A DNA stretch of 63,983 nucleotides, counting the filler, from Octopus bimaculoides (Eukaryota), in NCBI RefSeq assembly GCF_001194135.2. It is 7 parts of 7 records of this genome, joined end to end, with 100 filler letters (N's around TTAATTAATTAA, not from the genome) between each part and the next. Parts side by side here need not be neighbours in the genome. Positions count along the whole stretch, not along the records: positions 1 to 19,224 come from NC_068994.1; positions 19,325 to 29,385 come from NC_068999.1; 5 more parts are not named here. One strand, 5' to 3'. The translations under genes and the position numbers were made by a program. Positions 12,435-23,109 of this stretch are shown one piece after another. The notes beneath the pieces were generated by a model, which was not told where the DNA came from, ran no database searches, and saw only the letters and a list, made by a program, of their open reading frames with translations. Position 1 is the stretch's first letter. The number at the start of each line of letters is the position of its first letter.

Positions 12435-14008
12435 AATTGTTTTAAATTTTGGCTCAAGGCCAGCAATTTTAAGAAGTGGGTGGGGTAGTCAATATCATTA
12501 TCCCCATTACTTAACTGGTATTTTATTGGCCCTAGAATTGGGAAAGACAAAAATGACCATGGCAGATTTGAATTAAGAATGTTGAGAGCCAGAATAAGAA
12601 CAGAAAGGCATTTTGTCTAACACTCTAATGATTCTACTGATCTCCCACCCTGACTAATTGTTTCCAACATAAGGACAGGGCAAAATTGACCTTGATGGGA
12701 TTAAAACTAGGAATGAATGTAAGAAGAATGTGGCAAAATAGGGCAAAGCATTTTAAAATAAATGTTCAGCTGATTCTGGCATCCACAGTCTTCTATTAAA
12801 TAACAATAATAATAATCCTTTATACTATAGGCACAAGGCCTCAAATTTTGTGGGGTAGGCTAAGTCGATTTCATTGACCCACCCCACCCCCCACCCCAGT
12901 GCTCAAGTGGTACTTAATTCATTGACACTGAAAGGATGAAAGGCAAAGTCATCCTTGGCAGAATTTGAACTGAGAGCGTAGCAAAGGGCGAAATACCACT
13001 AAGCATTTTGCCTGGTATGCTAATGATTCTGCCAGCTCACCACCTTTATAATAATAATAACGATAATAATAACCCTTTCTACTAAAGGCATAAGGCCTTA
13101 AATTTTGTGGGAGGGGCTAAGTCAATTACATCGACCCCAGTGTTTCACTAGTACTTAATTTATCAACCCAGAAAGGATGAAAGACAAAGTTGACCTCGGT
13201 GGAATTTGAACTCAGATTGTAGCAATGGGCAAAATACTACTAAGCATTTCGTCCAGTATGCTAATGATTCTGCCAGCTCACTGCCTTAATAATAATAATT
13301 GTTTCAAATTTTGCTACAAGGTTAGCAATTTCAGGGGAGGGGATGAGTCGATTACATTGACCCAGTGTTCAACTGGTACTTATTTTATTGACGTAGGTGG
13401 AATTTGAACTCAGAACGTAGCAATGGGGGAAATACTACTTAGCATTTCGCCTGGTATGCTAACGGTTCTGCTAGCTCACTGCCTTCATAATAATAATAAT
13501 AATAATAATCCTTTCTACTATAGGCACAAGGCCTGAGATTTTGGGGGAGGGGACAAGTCGATTACATCAACCTCAGTATGTAACTGGTAATTAATTTATC
13601 GACTCCAAAAGGATGAAAGGCGAAGTTGACTCCAGCGGCATTTGAACTCAGAATGTGAAGACAGAGCAAATGCCGCTAAGCATTTCACCTGGCGTGCTAA
13701 CGATTTTGCCAGCTCACTGCCTTAATAATAATAATAATTATATAAATATATTATATAATTATATGAATATAAATATATTATATAATTATATAAATAATTA
13801 TAATAATTATATATAATAATTATTATAACAACAATAATAATAATAATAACAACCTTGCTTCTATTGGCCTGGATATCTTTCTGCTCATTTGTTTATCTGT
13901 CTAGCTATCTATATTGATATAAGGTTATTTCTTGTTACTAATTAGTCCCCCACCTGACATGTCTTCAAGCAAAACAAAATGTATTTTCTTAAGCTCATTG
14001 ATTTTTTA

Positions 14009-14065
<57 letters not shown>

Positions 14066-15592
14066 TATTATTATTATTATTACTATTATTATTATTATTA
14101 TTATTATTATAATTTTTTTTTTTTCAAATTTTGGCACAAAGCCAGAAATTTCAGGGGTAGGGTAAGTCGATTANNNNNNNNNNNNNNNNNNNNNCCGAGC
14201 TCAACTGGTGCTTATTTTATCAACCCTGAAAGGATGAAAGGTAAAGTCAACTTTGGCAGACTTTTGAGCACAGAATGTAAAATTGGATGAATTGTTTCTA
14301 AGCATTTTGCCCAGTATGCTAACAATTTTGCCTGTTTGCTGCCCTATTAAATAATGATAATATTAGTGATTGCAGTATGGAAGAGATAAGTTAGTCATTC
14401 AGAAATACATAATAACTGTTGGCTTCTCTTAAACATTTATTCGTGATATGTCAAAATTTTCATCACTTGAAATTATGATATGTTCACAGTTTTGAGCAAC
14501 AAAAATTTCGATACTATATTACTAATAAATGTTTTAAGTGAAGTCTCTGTGTGTTTCTGAATGGTTAACATATGTATTTCATACTGCAATTACCTTAGTT
14601 TTAGCACACCATCTCATCTCAGATCGAAACACTTGCAGGTACATCTCAATAGTAATGATAACAATAATCCTTACTACCAAGGTCTGAAAATTTGAGAGAG
14701 AGGACTTGTTGATTACATCAACCCCAGTGTTTCATTAGTACTTAATTTATTGACCCTAAAAGGATGAAAGGCAAAGACGACCTTTGTGAAATTTGAAATC
14801 ATTAAGACAGATTAAATGCCATTAGGCATTTTGCTTGGTGTGCTAACGATTCTGCCAGCTCTCAACCTGTGTAATAATAATAAAAACTTAGTAATAATAA
14901 TCCTTTCTACTATAGGCACAAAGCCTAAAGTTTGTGGGGAGAGAACTAGTTGATTACATCAACCCCAGTGTTTCACTGGTACTTAATTTATCGAGTTTGA
15001 AAGGATGAAAAGTAAAGTCGACGTCGGTGGAATTTGAACTCAGAACGTAGCAATGGGTGAAATACCGCTAAGCACTTCATCCAGCATGCTAACGATTTTG
15101 CCAGCTCACAGCCTTATTAATAATAATGATAATCCTCTCTACTAAAGGCACAAGGCCTGAAAATATGGGGAAGGGGACTAGTTGATTACATCAACCCCAA
15201 TACTAAACTGGTACTTAATTTATCAGCCCCAAAAGCATGAAAGGTAAAGTCAACTTCAGCAGAATTTGAACTCAGAATGTACTGACAGGTAAAAATAAAA
15301 AAAATATCACTAAGTATTTCATTCAGCATGTTAACGATTCTGCCAGCTTGCTGCCTAGTAATAATGATAATAATAATCCTTTCTACTGTAGGCACAAGGC
15401 CTGGATTTTGTGGGGAAGGGGACAGTCAATCACATCGACCCCTGTACTTGACTGGTACTTAATTTATCAATCCTGATAGGATGAAAGGCAAAGTTGACCT
15501 CGGCTGAATTTGAACTCAGAACATAGCAACAGGCAAAATACTGTTAAGCATTTCGTCCAGCATGCTAACAATCCTACCAGCTCACTACTTTA
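12435..15592 (-). mobile_element. Head-to-tail array of about 11 SINE-B copies separated by (AAT)n
   Basis: Approximate copies at 12435-12650, 12690-12790 (partial), 12815-13047, 13072-13287, 13300-13486, 13509-13723, 14123-14345, 14667-14870, 14900-15115, 15131-15357 and 15377-15592, all on the minus strand. Confidence 0.9.
14005..14112. repeat. (ATT)n microsatellite
   Basis: Direct reading. Also (AAT)n 15592-15675, (ATT)n 27760-27875, (ATT)n/(AAT)n 33903-34030 and (AAT)n 61392-61485. Confidence 0.97.
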
Positions 15593-15616
15593 ATAATAAT
15601 AATAATAATAATGATG

Positions 15617-15678
<62 letters not shown>

Positions 15679-16045
15679 GATGATGATGATTCTTTTATTC
15701 TTTCAGTTGTTTCAGGCATTTGATTGCAGCCATGCTGGAGCAAATCACAATGATAATATTAATAATTTGGTTTTTAAGAAAAATAAATTTTGATGATTGA
15801 TATTTCAAATGTACAGAACCATGAATGGTCTCAAATTAGTTAAGAACTACAAATAACTAAGACAGTTAATATTATCACCGTTGTTATTGTTGCTGATGTT
15901 GCTTTGGCATTTTCTGAAATCTTAGCCTGATTCNNNNNNNNNNNNNNNNNNNNNNNNNNNNNNNNNNNNNNNNNNNNNNNNNNNNNNNNNNNNNNNNNNN
16001 NNNNNNNNNNNNNNNNNNNNNNNNNNNNNNNNNNNNNNTAGTAAT

Positions 16046-16097
<52 letters not shown>

Positions 16098-16477
16098 GTT
16101 TATATTTAAAACAGAAACAGACATTGTTTAAACAGTAATAACCACTAACATAATAATTGTTTAGCTGGGTTAGAATAACCCAGTGAAGAGAATCAGTGCC
16201 AATCACAGAAGAGCAAGAAAAGATGAAAATATGTAAAAATAAATAAACGAATGTATGAAAATCAAAGCTGAAAATAGCTGCACATTACACGAACATTTTA
16301 GCAATGTAAACATTAATTTGGTAACACTGAGTAAATATGTATGTATAAGTATAACATATATAAATGCATATTTTTACACATTCATGTATTTATATATACA
16401 TGAATGTATGAATGTGCATATGTTTATAAAATGTATATACCTGTGTATATGTAATTATATTTGTGTGAATGTGTGAG

Positions 16478-16508
<31 letters not shown>

Positions 16509-16512
16509 AAAC

Positions 16513-16579
<67 letters not shown>

Positions 16580-16582
<3 letters not shown>

Positions 16583-17320
16583 CATCTTTGTTTTGAACAC
16601 ATCCTTTATTGAGGTAAACTACCTTCCATCCTGCTCTTTTTCTCTTTGAGATTTCAGCATCCTTATCTCAGTGCATATCCATAGTGTACCCTAAGTAGAT
16701 GTACTCCTTTACCTCCTCGATTCCATCACTTCCCACCTATATTCAGCCTTTTGCTACATCTTCTGACTGCACATATATTGTTTTCATACTATAAGTGTTC
16801 AGCTCTATCATCACAGTCTGCAGCTGGTCTGTGACTTCAGCAAGGAGTCCAGTGTAATAGACAATGCCATATGTGCCAGTCTGTTTGATATTACACTGTC
16901 CTAATTGAACTCTTATATGCAAGTAAGACATGGACTACTATGAAGAGGTTAGAACATCAATTGGCTATGATACAAAGGGCCATGGAAAAATCCCAGCTAG
17001 GAATATCCATTACGAGTGCATATTCGTAGTGAGATAATTCAAGGATAGAGTGTGAGTAGACAATGTGATCACAGAAATGCTGAAAACACAAGCTCTACAG
17101 GGTTGGACATGTTGCAAGGTTCACAGACGAGAGGTGGATCTGTGCAGATGTCAAATGGTATCCAAGAGATCAGAAAAGGCCATTTGGAAGGCCTCCACAA
17201 TGATGGGAAGATGATTTAGTTAAGCGATTTGGATCAAGATGGTAAAGAAAAGCACAGTCAAAACAAAATTAGAAGCACATTATAACCAGTGGTGTACAAA
17301 GCACCTAATGACCTGATACT
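16580..17320 (+). mobile_element. Decayed RTE LINE (second family) with inverted 5' segment
   Basis: 16580-16868 reads on - as (A)DDIV..QLQTVMIELN..IEEVKEYIYLG..EISKRKRAGWK..SIKDVFKTK. 16869-17320 reads on + as ..ASLFD..LLYAS.TW..QRAMEK..GHVARFTDERW..WYPRDQKRPFGRPP.WEDDL. Confidence 0.8.
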
Positions 17321-17684
17321 GTAATATATGTATACATACACACACATGTGCATGGTGTGTGGGGTATTTGAAGACACTTAATTATCAGTGTATTACTGTT
17401 CTCAAACCAATGAAGAGGATTTAATTTCTTTCAGATACCCCCCATAGCATATAAAATACTAACTCAAGAAATGCAAAGGTGTACAGTCATTGCTGTCAAG
17501 TATGTGAAACAAGGATTTGAAATTGCCAACTTTGTAAATATTGCAAGATCTTTATAAAACCAAGTTTGGATGCTCCTGGCTCAAAAGCTTCAACTGTATC
17601 ACCTGCGTCAATATCATCATTTTCGTTGTCTTCATTGTCATCGTCATAGTCATCATCATGAAAGAGAAAAAAACATTCTAAATG

Positions 17685-18575
17685 TTCAGATATTGTAAGA
17701 ACACTGCAATTCATCCAACAAGTTCAAAATATTATCAATGATCCCAGAAAATCAATGACAGCTAGCTCCAAACAACTTCAGGTGTCAGAGTGGACAGTCG
17801 GAAGTGTAGTGCAACAAGGGGATTCAATACAAACCATATGTATTGAGGAGAGGCCAATTCATGTCTGCAAAGACACAGGAAATTGTTTGATTCATGTCAA
17901 GTGGTTACTTAACATGGTTAAAAATAAATCTTCACTAACATGGTACACTTTGGTTCTTCTCTGATGAGAAAAACTTTGATCAAGACCAAATGTCTAATGG
18001 AAGAAATGACAAACGGTAATGTGCTGATCCTTCTGATGTTTCCAGAGTGAAGAACATTAAGGTTCCAGCAACTGAAATGGCTTTAGGAGTGGTGATTAAT
18101 GAAGGTCACATGCTGCTTCACATCTATTCACAGGGTCTTTGAATTAATACTGCTGGGTACACTGAGGTACTGGAGACTATTATTAAGCTCTGGGTGGATG
18201 AAGTATGCAGTGGAAGACCACATGTGTTTCAAGAAGACTCAACACCATTGTTCAAAGCCTATGTAATCCAAAAAGGAATGTCAGACAATCTTTACAATCA
18301 TGTAATACCAAACTCATGACCTGCAGACTTGCAAGATTTAAATCACTTGGGGTACTGTTGAAAGGGAGGCTAATTAAATCTTCACAATACCATAGTTTCA
18401 CTGAAGGCTGCCACTGTCCAGGTGATGTCCAGAACGAATAAGTATCATGTCATGTCACCTCACATCTTTCCACAAGGTCTTAGAATTAATACTGCTGGAT
18501 AGTTTAAAATACTGGAGACAGTTGTTAAGCCCTGGATGTCATCCATCCAGTACACAGTGGAAGGAAATATGTTTC
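17685..18575 (+). mobile_element. Tc1/mariner-superfamily transposase relic, maT/DD37D-like
   Basis: Frameshifted motifs FFSDEKNFDQ, ..GVV.NEGH..PQGL.INTA.Y.EVLET..K.W, VFQ.DS.P and a decayed DLNP-like motif. 18472-18575 repeats part of 18130-18240. Confidence 0.75.
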
Positions 18576-18577
18576 AA

Positions 18578-19110
18578 CAAGTCTGGCGAATATGGTGGGT
18601 GGGGCATCATTTCCCATTCAAACTGCTCCAGCCTTTGGAATGTCATCCTCGCTGTATGTGGCCAAGCATTAGAAAGTTTGTGAGGAACGCTTTGACCCAA
18701 TTTGTCGACTTTTCCAATGGCATGCAGGTGTCGATGAATGGTTGAATGACTAAATCCAAGCTTCTCTGCTAGTTCCTCAACAGTTATGATGGGATTTTCT
18801 TCCCCCAGAGTTTACAGGACATCCTCATCGAGCTCTACAGATCTTCCAGGATGAGGCTTGTCTTCTAGGCTGTAGTTTCTGGCTTGCAGCTTCTGGAACC
18901 AACGTTGACACTAGCTTGCATTTATTGTCTGATCCCCATATTCTGCATTAATATTCCTCGCACTTTCTGTTGCATTGTTGCCTTTATTGAACTCATAAAG
19001 CAAAATATGCTGAATATGCTCCTTTGTCACTTCCATTATAGCTTTGAAAAAATAACTGTTAAAGTCGAACTGCACTCTTCAAAACTTGCACTAAGAATAG
19101 GGACAAGGTA
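18578..19110 (-). mobile_element. Internally deleted mariner (DD34D-type) transposase relic
   Basis: Minus strand MEVTKEHIQHILLYEFNKGNNATESARNIN...QCQRWFQK...GRSVELDED...ENPIITVEELAEKL.FSHSTIHRHL..IGKV.KLG..VPHKL, joined directly to NAWPHTAR...PHPPYSPD. Confidence 0.88.
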
Positions 19111-19224
19111 AAATTACTATCCGCTTTTATAGCAAGTTGATGCAGGTAGTTCATCCTGTCCCCTTTCGACTGTTAGTTCATGCAATTGAAAACCACATTA
19201 TTTATGGGATGACCCAATATATGT

Positions 19225-19324
19225 NNNNNNNNNNNNNNNNNNNNNNNNNNNNNNNNNNNNNNNNNNNNTTAATTAATTAANNNNNNNNNNNNNNNNNNNN
19301 NNNNNNNNNNNNNNNNNNNNNNNN
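19225..19324. other. Artificial 100-bp contig linker (N44-TTAATTAATTAA-N44)
   Basis: Identical blocks at 19225, 29386, 41110, 45256, 49606 and 61486. The 12-mer has stop codons in all six frames. Confidence 0.97.
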
Positions 19325-19749
19325 TTTACCTTATCAAAGTTTTTCAACTAAGATAATATAAATACATACATAAATAAATATATATATACATATATATTAT
19401 TATATGTATTTATTTTCTCCTAATTAATAAATAACTCGGACAAAATAAATTGGTTAATAGATACCAGGGTAGCAAAGATCACAAAATGACTGTGGTGTAA
19501 CTCCTGTTTATGAGGTAGAAACTCCTTGTTATTTTGGGTACTTGAGTATATATAAATTTAGTGAATGGAGTAAAATGCATATGTTAACTGCATACTTTTA
19601 TTTCCAACATATGTTTTGAAGATTACAAATTATACCTTCCATAGGAATCGGTGATGTTAAAAATGCAATCTTCTCTTCAGGGAAACGCATGGGAACCAGC
19701 TTAAACGTAAGACATTATATACATATTCAGAATTTGTGTAAATGTGTAT

Positions 19750-20424
19750 AGAGAAAATACATTTTGGGGATGAACAAGTCTCCATACTCTTTATGATTAT
19801 TACTAATATATATATCAGTTGAATATAGTTAAAACATGGTCTGGTATCCATGTTTTTTATTAAGGTATTTAATAAAAAATGTGAAAACCAGACCATGTTT
19901 TAACTTTATTCAACTGATATATATATTAGTAATAATCATAAAGAGTATGGAGACTTGTTCATCCCCAAAATGTATTTTCTCTTATTTTACAATTTTATAC
20001 AGCATATTATTATGACTTACTTATGTTTCCACTGCAAAAACTACTGGCAGTTGCAGATGCAACCTGGCACTAATATTGGTGCAGCTTCTACAGGGTTTAT
20101 CTATTTGGTCAGTCTCAAAGCGAACTGAGTGGAGTTAGTTTTTTGTTAGTTAAAGTTTGGAGGGGGTATTTTTGGAACTGAAACCTGATCCATTTGCAAG
20201 CTTGTGTGGTTGACCTCAAATTCACACCAGTCACTGTCCGATGTCAGGGTTCTGTCTATTTAGGTCAAGGTTGAGATAATAGTGTCAGGCTGCATCTGCA
20301 ATTACCAGTTGTTTGTGCAGTGGAAACGTGTAGGTCATAATAATATGATGTAAGAAATTGTAAAATAAGAGAAAATATATTTTGAAGATGAACAAGTCTC
20401 CATACTCTTATAAAGAGTATGGAG
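19750..20424. repeat. Nested inverted repeats / palindromes
   Basis: 96-bp arms 19750-19845 and 19887-19982 (1 mismatch). About 135-bp arms 19941-20075 and 20277-20410 (more diverged). Mini-hairpin 20396-20424. Confidence 0.9.
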
Positions 20425-20439
20425 GCTCTATATAATACT

Positions 20440-20760
20440 GCATATATTATTGCTAATATATACTCCTGACGATATTACCATCCAGCAAAGCAAACGCAGA
20501 ATTATCCATTAGAAGAATTCACAGAGTGGCTGATAACTAATAGTAGTCACAGACGTTAAATACTGATCGATGTGGTTAGCTGTAAACTGGAACTTAACTG
20601 AGAGCCACCACAGTATCTGCCTGGATAATATAACCCTACAAGCTCATATGCTGTGTATGCCATAAGGTTTGAAAATCTAACGGAGGCCTCAAAAAACATT
20701 TTAAGATCCACAAAGATCCAAAGTTACATAAGTGGCATTTTGCTCATAGGCTTAGCTAGA
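20440..20760 (+). mobile_element. Probable RTE-type C-terminal relic with C2H2 finger
   Basis: LICCVCHKV*KSNGGLKKHFKIH gives canonical C-x2-C-x12-H-x3-H spacing (about 20648-20712), as found at the C-terminus of BovB-like RTE ORFs. Flanks are heavily decayed. Confidence 0.35.
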
Positions 20761-20811
20761 TGATGTTGGTAGTAGTCACGTCTCAAATACATTGATGTAA
20801 CTCGAATCATG

Positions 20812-20924
20812 TTATGTCACCTGATGAAGCATTTCTGCAATGTGGGGTGCATTGGAATTCATTATATCATTCCCCACCCACTAGAGAGTAGTGTAGAATT
20901 ATGCCGAAACAATCATTGTGATAA
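20812..20924 (+). ncRNA. Type I hammerhead ribozyme-like motif with extended stem II
   Basis: CTGATGA (20821-27) and GAAAC (20906-10). Stem I tgtcac/gtgata. Stem II gcat/atgc + ttctgca/tgtagaa + gtgggg/ccccac. Short stem III gaaacaatc(a)tt. AATAAA follows immediately. Confidence 0.6.
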
Positions 20925-21789
20925 ATAAAGTTTCCAGCATACTCTGTCCTCCGTATCAATTATTTAGAATATACACAACGTACGCCGAGGGATTCCTAAC
21001 ATAGATCCAGTGAAGAATATGAATTTATTGTGGATGACACCATGTAGCCATAAAAGGTGAATGTGCTCTGCCAGCATACTACTAGGGACATACCCAAAAT
21101 ACAATTTGGATGCTAAATTTTAAATTTCAAATCTAAACTTTAATTATAATTTATGTATGTATGTATGTATACATATATCTAAATATCAATATATATATTA
21201 ATGATTGTTTTTATGTTTAATTATAATTTTACATTAACCTGAAGGGTTACTCGATCCTTTAGTATTTATCATTCTTTAAGAAGAATAGCATTGACAGTGA
21301 CTTTGAAGTTTCAACCAGCTAAGCTACCATCAGACTGTCTATATATTTGTGTGTATATTTAAAAAGCAAATAAGTAACAAGGATGTCCAGGTATCAGTGC
21401 ATTACGGCTGTTTCAAGTGGTTCCATTTAATCAATCAATGTAAATATTACATCAATTTGAAATAAACCACTCTCCTTGGAAGCAGACGACCATATAGATT
21501 ACCAACGGAAAGGATAAACTGTTATTTTTTAGCAAATTTTCATCAGTACAAGAGACTAAAATAATTACATTGTTTCCCTTTGCTATTTTTGTGGCAGAAT
21601 AAAATTAGGGAAGAAAATGTATATCTAAAACCTACTGTAATTTAGAATGGCAGAGAAAAATAATGAGGGTCAAGAAAGAGGAATGGTGATATAGCTACAT
21701 TTATATTTATCTTTATCACATTCAAAAGACTTAATGCAGCATGCTGTCTACAAAACCTTAGAATTAAATCCATTGGGAATTGACAGTTA

Positions 21790-22750
21790 AATTCTTGTTG
21801 GTGGTGATAAATTAATTAATGTCAGATACTCTCTCTGGCCACTATATTACTGGGACCATATATCCAGCCCTTATCTGCATAAAACAATATGTCTCAGAGT
21901 TGCTAGTAAGATAATGACAGAGAGGGAAGAGGTGATAACGTGATAATGACAGAGATAGAGAAGAGGTGATAACCATAAAGTAACTACGGAAAAGAATTTC
22001 TTTGAAATCAACTTGGAAATTAAAGAAATTATGATAGACTTGGACTTAGTAGATAGAATGGAACCCATGAAGCTAAATGAACTCAGGATTAACCTCAAAG
22101 ACCAAAAAAAGAATTTTCATGACAACCTTATTTGCCCGACTAAATCAGACATTGGCTGATTTAGAAAATCCATTATTGATACTATATTATCCCTAATAAT
22201 TCCTGATTTATCTCTTAAATTATGGTGTAATACTGATGAAGTAATACACTGGTTCACATCTATTGAAAATGTAAGTAATTACTCATTCATACAATTTGAT
22301 ATCAACAGTTATTATTCTAGCATCTCTTATTATTCTCTTATTACTAGTGACAAAATAGATATTATTCTTTTAGCTAGGAAAACTATTTTAGAATTTGAGG
22401 GTAGGTTATGGACGAGGTGCAACACACCTAATAATTTTGAAATTGCTATGGGTTCAAGTGATTCAGCCCAGGTTACTGATTTGGTTGGTGCATATCTCTT
22501 AAAGTGTCTTAACAGTGAAATCCCTGAACTGTAAGGTGGTCTTTATAGGGATGATGCTTTGTTTATTATACCTAGTAATAATAAAACTGTCATAGAAAGA
22601 ATGCGGAAAAAAATCAGAAAATTCTTCAAAAGCCTTAACCTAGGACTCACTTTCAAGTATGAAGGTAGCTAACTTCTTAGATACTACATTAGATGTAAAC
22701 TCTTGCTTATATTACCCCTATAGAAAACCAGATGAAGTTACTAGGTACGG
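21790..22750 (+). mobile_element. Penelope-like element reverse transcriptase relic (Naiad-like motifs)
   Basis: Frame from 22031: ..LKDQKKNF..LICPTKSDIG*FRK..LWCNTDEVIHWF..FIQFDINSYYSSIS..FEIAMGSSDSAQVTDLVGAYLL..GLYRDDAL (YRDD at 22544-22555)..; frameshift; KVANFLDTTLD..YYPYRKPD. Two stops and one frameshift; GIY-YIG domain missing. Confidence 0.85.
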
Positions 22751-22759
22751 AAAAATTGG

Positions 22760-23109
22760 AGGAAAAATAATCAAGCAACCCCAGCGAACCAGCTCATGGC
22801 TGCTGCCACTTGCCGTGATGGTTGAGAGCTGGTGGATGAAGGAGAAGAAGGAAGGGCAACAAAGAGAAAATGAAACAATTGTGTAGCTGCACAGCGCGCA
22901 GCGTCGTTGGGTGTGCATGCTTTTTGTCAGGTGGGCGCTGACTAGGGAAGACGTGTGTGGTTAGTAGCGTGCAAACAGCCAAAGTGAAAGGCGGGCGGCT
23001 GGCACACAAGCGCTGCAATGTTAGAGGGCAAGGGGCCCCAGCCACGGGTAACGATGGACGGATCGGTGCAGTTGTCATTGGCAGCTGTAACAAGGAAAAG
23101 GGTGAGTGA
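22760..23109 (-). other. Probable ITS1 remnant following the 18S 3' end
   Basis: GC-rich non-coding sequence contiguous with the 18S end. No 5.8S motif recognised. Confidence 0.5.

Noticed and set aside
12815-15592. Regularly spaced ~220-bp repeats as a CRISPR-like or satellite array
   Set aside because: Units are diverged dispersed SINE copies with microsatellite spacers; eukaryotic context, no cas genes.
19269-19280. TTAATTAATTAA recurring six times inside N runs at constant spacing
   Set aside because: Always N44+12+N44 = 100 bp with stops in six frames: an artificial scaffolding linker, not biology.
22157-22159. In-frame TGA in the Penelope-like RT as possible selenocysteine (reported for some Naiad elements)
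   Set aside because: It falls at a basic-residue position (probable CGA>TGA decay), not a Cys position, and the ORF also has a TAA and a frameshift.
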